64,000 bases of DNA, taken from Eledone cirrhosa (lineage: Eukaryota). Below the pieces are notes generated by a model. That model did not search any database, was not told where the DNA came from, and saw nothing but the letters and a program-made list of their open reading frames with translations. Location of the stretch: positions 218,426,001 through 218,490,000 of the forward strand of contig OZ024740.1 in assembly GCA_964016885.1 (NCBI GenBank), read 5' to 3'. Made by a program: the position numbers and the translations under genes. Below, one piece after another: positions 1 to 13,339 of the stretch (the first letter of the stretch is position 1; every line of letters begins with the position of its first letter).

Positions 1-17
1 TGTGTATATATATATAT

Positions 18-170
18 CGACAGTCGACCGACTTTCCTCAAATCGGACCGTGGACACAATGTTTCCATTGGTCTTTCCAATTGTTAATACTATATATCGG
101 TCGCAATTCCAGGTAGAAGGAGCAAAGTGAAATAAGTATCTTGCTCAAGGATATAACAGTCGTGGAATCG
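18..170 (-). mobile_element. SINE fragment (tRNA-derived, CORE-like family)
   Basis: Reverse complement matches the copies at 3267-3460 and 34443-34650 (tccttgagcaag...ttgcgaccga...aaacattgt). Confidence 0.6.
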
Positions 171-186
171 TGTGTGCAAATATATA

Positions 187-251
<65 letters not shown>

Positions 252-542
252 GTGTGTGTGTATATGTATATATCTATTTATATATATCCGTATATATATA
301 TGTATATCTATATATATATGTATGTATATATATATCTGTATATATATGTGTATATATATATATGTATGTGTATATATATATATATATATATAATGTGTGT
401 ATATGTATATCTATATATATGTATATATATGTGTATATGTGTATATATATATATGTATGTGTATATATATATGTATGTGTATATATATATATATATATAT
501 AATGTGTGTATATGTATATCTATATATATGTATATATATGTG

Positions 543-579
<37 letters not shown>

Positions 580-774
580 TTACGTATATATATATATATG
601 TGTACGCGTATATGTATATATATATGTGTATATGTATACATATGTAGTGTATATGTGTATATGTATACATATGTAATGTATATATATATATGTGTGTACA
701 TGTATACACATGTAATGTATATATATATATATATATGTATATATATTAAAAAAAAGTCTAAAGTCTGTCTTTAG

Positions 775-1035
775 CCAGAAGGCTCATTTGGCCGGTGCTT
801 ATCCCGATTTCATGGCGTGAAGTGACTGGGAGTACAAGACTCCCCCCTAGACAGGACGCCAGTCCATCGCAGGGTTAAACCTCCAGCTATTGCTGGTACT
901 CATTTCCAGCTGAGTATACTGAAGCAACGTGAAATGAAGTGTTTTGCTCAAGAACACAACACACAACCCAAGAATCGAGCCCACTATATTATGACCGTAA
1001 GTCCAACACCCTTACCACTAGGCCACGTGCCACCA
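775..1035 (-). mobile_element. tRNA-derived SINE
   Basis: Minus strand reads gtggcctagtggtaagggtgttggact (A-box-like), gctcgattc (B-box-like), then ttcttgagcaaaacactt (CORE-like). Confidence 0.6.
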
Positions 1036-1054
1036 CATATGTATACATTGGAAA

Positions 1055-1238
1055 ACGGCAGAGCTCAAGCCGTTTCGACGGCTATTTCTGGACTATTTCT
1101 GTGTCCAGAAATAGCCGTCGAAACGGCTTGAGCTCTGCCGTCGGTGTCTTACTTTTTCCTATTACCCACTCTACTACCCTAAGTATTGAGTACTCTGGTG
1201 CGATATGGTACATCTAGTTCCTTACCACATTTCCTGCG

Positions 1239-1241
<3 letters not shown>
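1055..1241. mobile_element. Family A fold-back element (PLE pLTR-like, carrying the 3' half of a hammerhead)
   Basis: Inverted arms flank a short spacer. The + arm reads GAAAC-GGC-ttgagctct-GCC-GTC, then a tail ending in (TA)n. About 10 related copies occur in the window. Confidence 0.7.
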
Positions 1242-1283
<42 letters not shown>

Positions 1284-1344
1284 TATATATATATTTATAT
1301 ATATATGCATATATGTATGTATATATACACACACACACATATAC

Positions 1345-1377
<33 letters not shown>

Positions 1378-1550
1378 TATATATATTTATATATATATGC
1401 ATATATGTATGTATATATACACACACATACATATATATATATACACACACATATATATATTTATATACATATGCATATATGTATGTATATACACACACAC
1501 ACACACATACATACATACATACATACATACATACATACATACATACATAG

Positions 1551-1750
1551 TATGACTGAACTTGGTTTTGCGGACAAAAAGCGCAGCTCCCTAATTCATA
1601 GTCTACAAATGGCTGCGATAGCTGGCACTTTCAAAATTTGCAAAAAATTCTTGGGATTCAAGGGATGACAATTTCTTTACTTTTACAACCTTGCCACCAG
1701 GAAGGTGGCCGGTCAAAAAAATATACTCGAAATTAAGAGAAAGAGATATA
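1551..1750 (+). mobile_element. Probable 3' end of an R4/Dong-like non-LTR retrotransposon in (CATA)n
   Basis: Terminal peptide LIHSLQMAAIAGTFKICKKFLGFKG* resembles the LQK.A.LGT..I.RK.L C-terminus of R4-clade ORFs (from memory). It is flanked by CATA repeats. Confidence 0.35.
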
Positions 1751-1756
1751 CATACA

Positions 1757-2241
1757 TATAAAGTAAAATGACAGGAGGCCAAATATGTTGAATTTCCTTA
1801 ATTACTTATTTCTGCAAACTCTGCACATTTCAGTGGATAGGTTGCGTAAGAACCCGATGACATCTTCAGGTGTAAATTGCGTAATACATGTATACCAACG
1901 CAATAATGGTAAACCCATTCCAAGAGGCTTTAAGGAAACAAGCAAAGAAAAAACAGAAGAAAATAAAAGTGTATTCATGTTTTTGACTTAGAGACAAACG
2001 AAGTAGCATGTTGTTTTAATGCCCCGTCATCTCCATTTTTTTTTTTTTTTACTTGTTTCCTTTAAGCCTCTTGGAATGGGTTTTACAATTATTCCGTTGG
2101 TATACATCTATTACGCAATTTACACCTGAAGATGTCATCGGGTTCTTACGCAACCCGGCCACTGGAATGTGCATAATTTTTGCAGTGATATATAATTAAG
2201 GAAATTCAACATATTTGGGGTTCCTGTCATTTGACTTTATA
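1757..2241. repeat. Imperfect inverted repeat (~200-bp arms) with a degenerate hammerhead in each arm
   Basis: 1757-1955 is complementary to ~2035-2241. The arms carry CTGAAGA-TGT...ACT-G(A/G)AA-TGTGCA. Confidence 0.75.
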
Positions 2242-3266
2242 ATATATTTGACTCCGTTACGGCACCACCAACATGATTCAACATCAAAGATAGATGAGTT
2301 GCATAACGTCGAGTGGTTGTCTCATATTACGTCATGATTAACATTGCAGAATGACCAACTCTACCCAGTAGTAAACCACCAAATTTAAACATATATATAT
2401 ATATATATATATAAATATATATATATGTATGTATTTCTTTTTTTCTTTTCAATGGCTGACAATACCTTACCGGCGCCACTCGAATAAGGTAGTTATTTAA
2501 CCCATAAATGGAGCCCTAACAGGTACTACCACCCCGGGCCAGGGCAGACCTGGGAGTCATGACAACTAAGGGGTAACTCCACATTCCCCACATCTCCTGA
2601 ACTCCCGAACTGGAGCCTTGTCACTGGATGTAGTTTAATGTCATACCCAGGACATGTATGTATGTATGTATGTATGTATGTATGTATGTATGTATGTATG
2701 TATGTATGTATGTATGTATGTATGTATGTATGTATGTACACATACATACATACACACACTCACACATAAGACCATTGAATATTGGACATTAGAGGTGGCA
2801 GAGTCATTACAACGTCGGATAGATTCCTTCGCAGTGTTCGCTCCGACTCTCTGCACTCTGAGTTTAAATTCCGCAAAGTTTAAAGATGCCCTCGAATCGG
2901 CGTATGTCAATATGGCGTCCCTACGACTTTCAGGAGTTACGGACTATACATACATACATTAAACTACATTCTGATGGGTTAAACTGTGGACAACTATCAT
3001 GATATACGAAGAAGGCTCAACAGGTTGCTAATGTTAGTTGTTCTTCAGATGTGTGAGAGTGGGTGTGTGTGTGTGTAAGAGTGTGCGGGTTGTTTGGTGT
3101 GTATATGTATGGGTGTATTCTTTTCTGTATTGCGTGAATGCGCGTATGTGCCATGAAACTCAGAGTACCATGGGAATGAATCACCAACTGACTATAGTGG
3201 TGTATATATACATACATATATTTATATATACACACATACATATATATACACACATATATATATGTA

Positions 3267-3460
3267 TAGGGCTGAGGGGTTAGAGAATTGGATTCGCAAT
3301 CGCGAGGTTCTGATTTCGATTCCCAGATCGGGCGATGCGTTATGTCCTTGAGCAAGACACTTTATTTTACGTTGTTCCTTCTGCCTGTAATTGCGACCGA
3401 CAGATAGTATTAACAATTGAAAAGACCAATTGAAACATTGTTTCCTCCGTCCGATTTGAC
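3267..3460 (+). mobile_element. tRNA-derived SINE (CORE-like)
   Basis: ggttagagaattggattcgc...ttcgattccca...gtccttgagcaagacacttt; second copy at 34443-34650. Confidence 0.65.
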
Positions 3461-4214
3461 GAGCTTCATCCCACTCGTTAAGCGAATGACGTCTGGGATC
3501 TTATCGATCTACCTCACTTTTCGTTGCTTCACCATCTTTGTTTGTTTACACCCTCGCTGTCCCCTTTATTTACGTGTCCCAGCGACTTTTTTTAGTCGTT
3601 GCTCGCACCAACCGGAGGTATATGGTCTTTAAAACGAAGAAATACCTGTGATGGTTGGAGGATCACTGATGAGGACCACTTTATTCATATATATGTGTGT
3701 GTGTGTGTTTTGTGCATGTGTGTGTGTATATGTGTATGTATGTGTGTGTGTATATAAATAAAATTAGAATGTTATTTCTCGCCCTACCATACTTACACAC
3801 ATATAAGCACATTTATACGTGTGTGTCTATGTACGGTTTAATACATTTGTTATATCTATTAATTTCTTGATATTGTAGTCATGCTCTAAAATGATATGTA
3901 AAAGGACATATTTTAGAGCCGATTCTCTCTACCCAGTATATATTTGCTAGAGACCCCGTGGGCTTATTTAGGTGCAAAAACGTGCCATAGAAAACAGCAA
4001 TGTACGGTCAACTGATTGACATTGTTGCCAGGAATATAGCATAAGGTAATTTGAAGACCTTCGGCAGGAAGATTATGGTATTAATACCAATGAATATACT
4101 ATCATTTTTTTCATGAATGTATGTATGTGTGTGTGTATATACGTAACTCACGTACACGCATATATCTGTGTGTATGTATATATATATATAACCACATACA
4201 CATGTATGTATATA

Positions 4215-4402
4215 TAATTGTTTCTACTTTTGGTACAAGGCCAGCAATCACCCAGTACATTACTGGTACTTTATTTTATCGACCCCGGAGGGATGAAAGG
4301 CAAAGTTAACCTCGGCGGGATTTGAACTCAGATCATACAGGGAGGTAACTCTATGCTTCAAAGCATGGCGTCCGACCCTCTACCGATACTGCCAATCCAC
4401 GT
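4215..4402 (-). mobile_element. High-copy tRNA-derived SINE (Meta/Sauria-like central domain)
   Basis: Minus strand: ggattggcagtatcggtagag...gagttcaaatcccgccgaggttaactttgcctttcatcc...gtcgataaaataaagtaccag. More than 15 copies in the window. Confidence 0.8.
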
Positions 4403-4656
4403 GCGATGTTCAGATTAGGTTTAGCCCAACCGCCATATGATATATGTATGTGTGTGTATATATATATATATATATATTGTATGTGTGTCTGCCTGCCTGT
4501 GAGTGTGCATGTATTGTGAGAATTAACTGAGTTACTCTTAAGATATGTAAATAAGACCAATCATACTAATATTCAACTAGTGACATTAACAGTTTATATT
4601 GTTACCGTAAATCTTTAATTGGCTTTAATAAGCCTCTTTGTGACCAATTATCGCTT

Positions 4657-4744
<88 letters not shown>

Positions 4745-5066
4745 AGGCACATGGCTTAGTGGTTAGAGCATTGGCCTTGCAATCGAAAGGTTGTGAGTTC
4801 AATTCTCAGACCGGATGATGTGTTGTTTCCTTGAGCAAGACACTTTATTTCATATTGCTCCAGTTTATTCAGCTGTAGAAATGAGATGATAGGGACTGGG
4901 GTCCATATCATTCCACTGCAAAGTGGTCGTGGGGGTGCCACGGCAAAAAAGCACCCAGCACTCACTGTAAATGAGGTTGGTGTTAGGAAGGACATCAAGC
5001 CAGAATCAGTTCCCGTCCCACCCTTGCAAGCAGGGAAAAAGCGGACGTAAAATGAAATGATGATGA
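4745..5066 (+). mobile_element. tRNA-derived SINE with RTE-LINE-derived 3' tail
   Basis: A box tggcttagtgg and B box gagttcaattc. The 3' part (ctgtaaatg.ggttggtgttaggaagg...cggacgt.aaa + gat repeats) matches the LINE 3' UTR at 7424-7564. Confidence 0.8.
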
Positions 5067-5083
5067 TATATATATATAATGAA

Positions 5084-5272
5084 AAATGTCAGGCCCACGA
5101 CGGCTGAGGTCCGGCCGTTTCGACACTCTGATGCGTTATGGTCCACCTTGTTCCTTATCACACTTTCTTCGTTATATATATATATATATATATACACACA
5201 AAGACGGTGTGGTAACATACCAGGTGCACCATAACGCGTTCGGATCTAGCTGTCGAAACGCTCGGGGGTCCT
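5084..5272. mobile_element. Family A fragments in both orientations
   Basis: cggccgtttcgaca, gcgttatggtccacc and ctagctgtcgaaac segments separated by (TA)n. Confidence 0.6.
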
Positions 5273-5283
5273 GATATATAGTA

Positions 5284-5468
5284 ATAATTGTTTCTACTTT
5301 AGGCACAAGGCCAGCAATTACCCAGTGCATTACTGGTACTTTATTTTATCGACCCCGTAAGGATGAAAGGCAAAGTCAACCTCGGCGGGATTTGAACTCA
5401 GATCGTAAAGGGACGTAACTATGCTGGAAAGCATGGCGTCCGACCCTCTACCGATACTGCCAATCCAT
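5284..5468 (-). mobile_element. High-copy SINE copy
   Basis: Near-identical to the copies at 37133-37318 and 42591-42773. Confidence 0.8.
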
Positions 5469-5779
5469 ATTAATAAATGGAAACTATATTTATAAAACCA
5501 TAATTAATTTATTATTTTATTTTATACATACATGCATACATGTATATACATATATATACATACGAACGCACACATATGTCTGTGTGTGTGTGTGTATTTG
5601 TAGACGTCGGCGTATAGATTTATATCCTGTGATGCAAACGTTCATTACAGATTTCGGCGTATTTAATACACACATACATACACACACACACATATACATG
5701 AATATTTGTATACATGTATATGTGTATGCATGCATACATACACATATGTACTTATATATATATATATATCATATATGTT

Positions 5780-5841
<62 letters not shown>

Positions 5842-5889
5842 CGAGACACGATTTCATATCAAAAACCTCGCAAAACTAATTCATCGCCG

Positions 5890-5941
<52 letters not shown>

Positions 5942-5944
<3 letters not shown>

Positions 5945-7204
5945 CTAGCTAAAGGTAAACGCCTCTACTTAGCTTTTGTCGACTTGGAGAAAGCCTTCGA
6001 CAGAGTCCCCCGTTCCATTATCTGGTGGGCCCTTAGAAAACTAGGCGTCGACGAATGGCTTGTGAGAGCTATACAAGCCATGTATAAAGAAACAGTCAGC
6101 AAGGTTAGAATTAACAACGAATATAGTGAAGAGTTTAGCGTAAAAGTTGGCGTCCATCAGGGCTCTGTTCTCAGCCCCGTACTATTTAGTATTGCCCTTC
6201 AGACTATAACAGAGGAGTTCAAGACCGGCTGCCCATGGGAACTCCTATACGCAGACGACCTAACACTCATAGCTGAATCAATGGCCGAGCTAGAGAAGAA
6301 ATTCCAAACATGGAAGCACGGCCTAGAATCAAAAGGCCTTAAAATTAACCTGGCTAAGACTAAAGTTCTAGTTTGTAGGAAAGAAAATAAGGCGGCGGTC
6401 CCTTCCGGGAAATGGCCATGCTCAGTGTGTAGGAAAGGCGTAGGTAGAAACTCCATTTTATGTCCCAAATGCAAAGTATGGGTGCATAAAAGATGTAGTG
6501 GGATCACAGGTAAGCTAACTAAGAACATAGATTTTACATGTGGCCGGTGCTCTGGTGCAATAAGTAGCAGCAAGTGCCCACAAAATACTAGCTCTTTCAA
6601 CTGCGCAGAGGGCTCTATAGAAATAGTGGACAGCTTCCGTTACCTGGGTGACAAAATCAGCAGTGGGGGAGGGTGCTCTGAAAGTACAGTAGCTAGAGTC
6701 AGAACTGGATGGAAAAAGTTCAGAGAGCTTATACCACTATTAGCCGCTAAAGGGTTCTCCCTAAAAATGAAAGGCAGGTTGTATGATGCCTGCATACGAA
6801 CAGCAATGTTGCATGGCAGCGAGACCTGGGCATTGTGTGCAGAGGATATACGCAGACTAGAGAGGAACGAAGCTTGCATGCTCCGCTGGATGTGTAATAG
6901 TAATATATGTGAACGGCAAAGCATAAACGAACTAAGGAAAAAATTAGAAATAAGAGGGATCAGATGTTGTTTACTCGAGAGAAGGCTACGTTGGTATGGA
7001 CACGTGATGCGCATGAAAGTCGAAAGCTGTATAACAAAGTGCAGGGCAATAAAGATAGACGGTAGCCACAGAATAGGCAGACCTAGAAAAACCTGGGACG
7101 AGCTGATAAACTCCGACCTCACACACTTACACCTCTCCAAGACAATGTCACTGGACCGAGACCTCTGGCGGTACTCAGTAATAGAGAAGACCCGCCTTAC
7201 CTAA
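5942..7204 (+). CDS. 5'-truncated RTE-clade LINE reverse transcriptase with internal PHD-type zinc finger
   Basis: Frame is open from 5942 (YLAKGKRLYLAFVDLEKAFDRVPR). Motifs: GVHQGSVLSP, LLYADD, GLKINLAKTK, FRYLG, RRLRWYGHVMR, GRPRKTW. It begins abruptly after (TA)n. Confidence 0.92.
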
Positions 7205-7564
7205 ATACATAGTAAAACCTACTACAGTCAGTAGGCATCTCTAACAAAATACACCCCCGTCCCACCACCCCATCCACACCGCCCCCTTCTATGTAAAGTT
7301 ATGTTGGTGCCACACCATCCAGGCCGAAACAAATGAGATCGTGTAAGTGTCACGACAAAAAAACACAGTCCACGCTGTAATGTGGCCGTGTAGGTAACAC
7401 GGTAAAAACCTCCCAGCCCCACACTGTAAATGTGGTTGGTGTTAGGAAGGGCATCCAACTGTAGAAAACCCGCCAGACAGTCCTATGCGAGCAAGTGGGA
7501 AAACCCCCGTTCAAACCCATGCAAGCGTGGAACACGGACGTTAAACGTTGATGATGATGATGAT
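5942..7564 (+). mobile_element. RTE LINE copy including 3' UTR and (GAT)n tail
   Basis: The ORF is followed by a ~350-bp UTR ending gttgatgatgatgatgat. Confidence 0.85.
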
Positions 7565-7629
7565 ACATACATTTATTGTGTAATCATTCTGTTAGTGTTT
7601 GATTTTGTGCACATTAAACTCACACACAC

Positions 7630-7692
<63 letters not shown>

Positions 7693-8104
7693 CACAAGAC
7701 GAATACAAGGTCTAAGATATCTACAAATTAGTCAGATAGAACCCATTTTCTTCTGTCTACAGAGAATTACAAAGAAACCTGTTGTGTAACCACGTTGTTC
7801 ACTCTTCATAACTTCGCTAAAATTGTCTGTATGTTCATATAAACATTTTACCCGGGTACCTGCCAAAAATGACGCGGCTTATAGTAAAGAAAGTATTTTA
7901 TTTAATATTTCCTTGATTACAACATTCAATGTAAAGATACTTGAATCCTAGATTTTCATTGACCTTGTCCATCCCCGTATTTCAGTTTACAGTCATTTTC
8001 TTCCATAATTTCTTTAACCATTAATCATACGATAACTCTGATCTATCTATCTATAGATATCTATCTATCTAGCTGTCTGTCTGTCTGTCTGTCTGTCTAT
8101 CTGT

Positions 8105-8209
<105 letters not shown>

Positions 8210-8210
8210 T

Positions 8211-8478
<268 letters not shown>

Positions 8479-8508
8479 TGTGTGTGTATATTTATCTATC
8501 TATCTATC

Positions 8509-9534
8509 TGTGGGCCCCGTTCGTGCGGCGAGCCTTCCCACGACTCGTCTCGCTGACCGAGCTGCAGTCCTGGGTCAAACAAAGACCGTGGAAAATGGGC
8601 GACTGGCACATCGAATGTGCTCAGGCGCTCACAGTCCTCTGGCAAACGGACTCGGCGATCAGTGGAGACTCCACTTCGACATTCTATAGAGGGTTGGTCC
8701 GCAAGTGCGACGACACGCTCGGAGAAACTCTGGGCGTAGAGGAGGAGGAACTGGCCAGTCTGTTCGGTAGGACCTTCCGCCCGGGACCAATGGGCAACTT
8801 CCAAAAGTCCCTGGTCTGGCAGTGCTACCGAGGAGCTCTACCAGTTCGAGACAAGCTCTACAGACACGGGCGCTCGTTTAGGGACACTTCGAAAAGGATC
8901 TGTCCGAGATGCGTGCGCGACGAGGAAACCGTCGCGCACGCATTTGTACACTGCTCGGGCGTTACCGACCTGTGGGGCTATGTAGAACGACTATTGTCGC
9001 GGGTGGGACCAATCCAGTTGATCACCGAGTCCATTGTCATGATCAAACCGCCACCCTCCTTCAAAAACGAGGGAGAGGCGGTTTTTCTATGTGTTATGGC
9101 TATGGTGAAAGGTTATATGGTGGACGAGGTTAAAAGGGCTGAGGTCAGACACCTTTCTCTCCGGCGAGCAACTGATTCGTTTTTTCAAATATCATTTTGG
9201 AAGAAGAATCAGGATGGAGAGAGAGGTGCTGTACCCCAGCAAGTTTTATAAAAGGTGGGTGAATGTAGCAAAGATGGCCCAGTGGTTGGGCCTTCTCTCT
9301 ATATAAGCCTGTAGGTTGAGGAAGAGAGGAAGGGAGTACTCACTCTTGGTGCTCCTGGAGATGAGGGTTGTACATTTTTTCGGGGTGTGTGAACCCCTGT
9401 GTAACGCCTCCCCCTATTGGGGATTTCAATTGTTATTTGTTATTTTATTAATAGTTTTATTTTCATATACCTGTATGTAAACTCCCCATTTGTATTTGTC
9501 CACTTCTTTTGTGCCCTTGTAGCTAATAAAGAAA
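8509..9534 (+). mobile_element. 5'-truncated Tx1/L1-clade non-LTR retrotransposon (C-terminal CCHC finger, frameshifted)
   Basis: [17 protein letters not shown]...[16 protein letters not shown] (zf-RVT/CCHC). It ends aataaagaaa and is flanked by TATC repeats. Confidence 0.8.
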
Positions 9535-9764
9535 TTTATCTATCTAAATGACTGTCTATCTTCTGATTGTTGTTACTGTTCCACACACACACACACACAC
9601 ACACACAAAATAAAGATATATAAATAGATAACTATAGATTGACAGTCTGCAGGGATAAAGAAAGATAAGCAGTAGGTAGGTAGAGATAGAGAGTAGAGAA
9701 GTATATAGATAAATGCTCTTTTATATTGTCTAAAGATAGACACATCGATAGATAGATAGATATG

Positions 9765-10118
9765 TTTCTTTATTAGCCACAGGGGCACAAAAGAAGGGGA
9801 CAAATACAAAGGGGGAAATTTACATACAATAAAAACGTGTAAAATATTATCACAAATGCAATTTAAAAAATTAGTCGATTTTCCCCAATAGGAGGAGACA
9901 GTTCATATGGGTAACACATACCCCCGAAAAAATGTGCAACCCTCATCTCCAGGAGTACGAAGAGTTTGTACCCCTTTCCTCTCTTCCTCTTTTTCCTCAA
10001 CCTAGAGGCTGATATAGAGAGAAGGCCCATTCACTCGGGCCATTCTCGCCACTTTCACCCACCTTTCATAAAACTTGCTCCATCCTGATTCTTCTTCCAA
10101 AATTGAATTTGAAAAAAA
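9765..10118 (-). mobile_element. Second, shorter Tx1/L1 3' fragment
   Basis: Reverse complement is homologous to 9180-9534. GATA repeats lie on both sides. Confidence 0.8.
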
Positions 10119-10540
10119 GAGATAGATAGATAGATAGATAGATAGATATGTAGGTAAGTAGCTATAGATAGACGTTTTGTTGACTGTTGACAATATTGAG
10201 AGAGAGAGCGCCTATTTCCATAACAACTTGTCTTCTCAGCCTTGAATTAGACGGGGATCCAACTCATATTCTGGGTGTACTCGTTGAACGCTGAACACCC
10301 AGCAAAGACGCTAAATTCTCTTTATAACAATTATGTCCTTGCTTTGACATGATATAATCAGGTCATGATTTCCTTTTAAATCTAATAATACAAACTCAGG
10401 TTGACGTCGTACTATGTATACAAATAGGATTGAATTTGAATGTTTATACTTATGCCAGAGTGGTGAGGCTCAGCACGGTAGCATACCCTCAGACAAAAAC
10501 TATTATACGACTCATATATATATATATATATATATACATG

Positions 10541-10618
<78 letters not shown>

Positions 10619-10657
10619 GGTGTGTGTATAGATATATATTTATGTATATATCTTTAT

Positions 10658-10770
10658 TCATTCCTATGAAATCATCAGGATGATTTCATAGGAATGCAAA
10701 TGCTCTACCAACGTATTGAGTACTTTCTTTAATTATTGTCACCACCCGATCCCTTTCGGGAATCTACCTA
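10658..10770. mobile_element. Family B fold-back fragment with partial hammerhead
   Basis: cattcctatgaaatcatc-ag-gatgatttcataggaatg palindrome, followed by ctctac...tattgagtac. Confidence 0.6.
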
Positions 10771-10810
10771 ATATATATATAGATCTCTCTCTCTATATAT
10801 ATATATATAT

Positions 10811-10860
<50 letters not shown>

Positions 10861-10917
10861 CTGTATATATATATACATCGTCGAAACGGCTTGAGCTCTG
10901 CCGTCGGGGTTAAACAT

Positions 10918-10958
<41 letters not shown>

Positions 10959-11092
10959 GTGTGTGTGTGTATTTATGTATATACATATATATACATACAG
11001 ATCTATCTATCTATCTATTTATATATATATGTATATACATACATATATATATACACACATATATATACATATATATATATATATACATACAT

Positions 11093-11149
<57 letters not shown>

Positions 11150-11296
11150 TACATTATCTTTGTTTATTTTTATTTTTATGTGTACCCCTTCCACCGTTTT
11201 TCCTCCTTCTTCTCCCCCTCCCCCACTTTTTTTTCTAAATGTCTCTCCACCACTCCCACACACACCCTCGGAACTCTCTTCCTACCCACTTTTCTC

Positions 11297-11327
11297 CTGA
11301 TGAAGGGCTTATGCCCGAAACGTTGTT
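11297..11327 (+). ncRNA. Degenerate hammerhead core (PLE-type)
   Basis: CTGATGA-A-GGGC-ttat-GCCC-GAAAC-GTTGTT; no convincing stem I. Confidence 0.5.
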
Positions 11328-11429
11328 CCCCACCCCCTACTCTCAAGAGCGTGAACCTAATAAACTTTTATTTGTGCTGCCTCTCTGTTTTTGTTCCTGT
11401 CCAAGTTTTCACTATATATATATATATAT

Positions 11430-11497
<68 letters not shown>

Positions 11498-12513
11498 GCA
11501 CACACATGTACATATATATATATAAATATATATATACACACACATATGTACATACATATACATAAATATATATATACACACACATATGTACATACATATA
11601 CATAAATATATACATATATATACAAACATATACATAAATATATACACACACATATATATATATATACATATACATAAATATATATATATATATATATATA
11701 CATATATACACATAAATATATACATATATATATACATATAATATATATATATATATATATTATATTTACATATTATGTAGTATGTAAACATCTGTCTATA
11801 TCACGCGCCTGCGCACTCTTTCTCTCACTCTTTCTCTCACTCTCACTCTCTCTCTCTCACTCTCTCTCTCACATACATATACACACATCTGTCCTTGCAT
11901 ATTACCGTCTGCTTTCAACGTTGCTTTAAGTGTGAACAAGTACACATCAACCTTGCTTTCTGTAACCGATTGTCCAATGGCGTGAGTATTAACAAAAACT
12001 CGGCGGGGTGTCCGAATACCCGAGCATATTTTGTTAGTGTGTGCGTCTGTGGTGTGTGTATGTGGTGACAGTGGTGGTGCATGGCCTGGTGAAGTGATAT
12101 GTATGAGTGTGTATGTATGTGTGTGTATATATATATGTATGTATGTGTGTATGTATGTATGTATGTACGTGTGTGTTGAATTGGGCTATGGTGAGGTGGA
12201 GATGTTTGCGTGTATATAACAGAATATGAGTCATTATGCAGCCATCTGTGACTATATACGTTCTTTTATTCTTTCTCTGGGTTAATTCATTAGACTGCTG
12301 CCATGCTGGAGTACCTCTTTCAATAATTTTTCTTTTGTTAGTTGATCAAAGTACTACTTACTTCAGGGTGGTATTTATTAGATAAGCTACCATTTTGATA
12401 CAACACCGATTTTGTTTTAAGCGGTGGTGTTGTGTCAAATACATAAACACGGATACATACATAGATGTTTGTGTGTATCTATGTATGCATACACACACAT
12501 ATACACATACACA

Positions 12514-13115
12514 CAAACATACATGTTTGTATGTATCTATTTTCATACACATACACACAACAAACATACATGTTTGTATGTATCTATTTTCATACACATA
12601 CACACAACAAACTTACATGTTTGTATGTATCTATTTTCATACACATACACACAACAAACATACATGTTTGTATGTATCTATTTTCATACACATACACACA
12701 ACAAACTTACATGTTTGTATGTATCTATTTTCATACACATACACACAACAAACATACATGTTTGTATGTATCTATTTTCATACACATACACACAACAAAC
12801 TTACATGTTTGTATGTATCTATTTTCATACACATACACACAACAAACTTACATGTTTGTGTGTATCTATTTTCATACACATACACACAACAAACTTACAT
12901 GTTTGTGTGTATCTATTTTCATACACATACACACAACAAACTTACATGTTTGTGTGTATCTATTTTCATACACATACACACAACAAACTTACATGTTTGT
13001 ATGTATCTATTTTCATACACATACAAACAACAAACATACATGTTTGTATGTATCTATTTTCATACACATACACACAACAAACTTACATGTTTGTGTGTAT
13101 CTATTTTCATACACA
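12514..13115. repeat. 47-bp minisatellite, ~13 copies
   Basis: Unit caaac(a/t)tacatgtttgt(a/g)tgtatctattttcatacacatacacacaa. Confidence 0.95.
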
Positions 13116-13339
13116 CACACACATATACACACAAACACACATGCAGTATACATACGTGTGGGAGAGAGGCAGGATGGTTATGGCTGAAATGACTTTGATC
13201 TTGCTCGGTCAGGTCTGACCGGGGCTAAACCACAGCACCAACACAATTTACACTAAGGACATCGATGACGAATTCAATGTGACCCATTTCAGGAAGTCAT
13301 CCAGACCCGTGTAAATTTGGTACTACGTACAGACCGCTT

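Noticed and set aside
4745-4820. tRNA gene
   Set aside because: The tRNA-like head continues into a SINE body and lacks a proper acceptor stem.
12395-13218. Long repetitive ORFs (240-265 aa)
   Set aside because: They arise from a stop-free 47-bp minisatellite that is open in all three frames.
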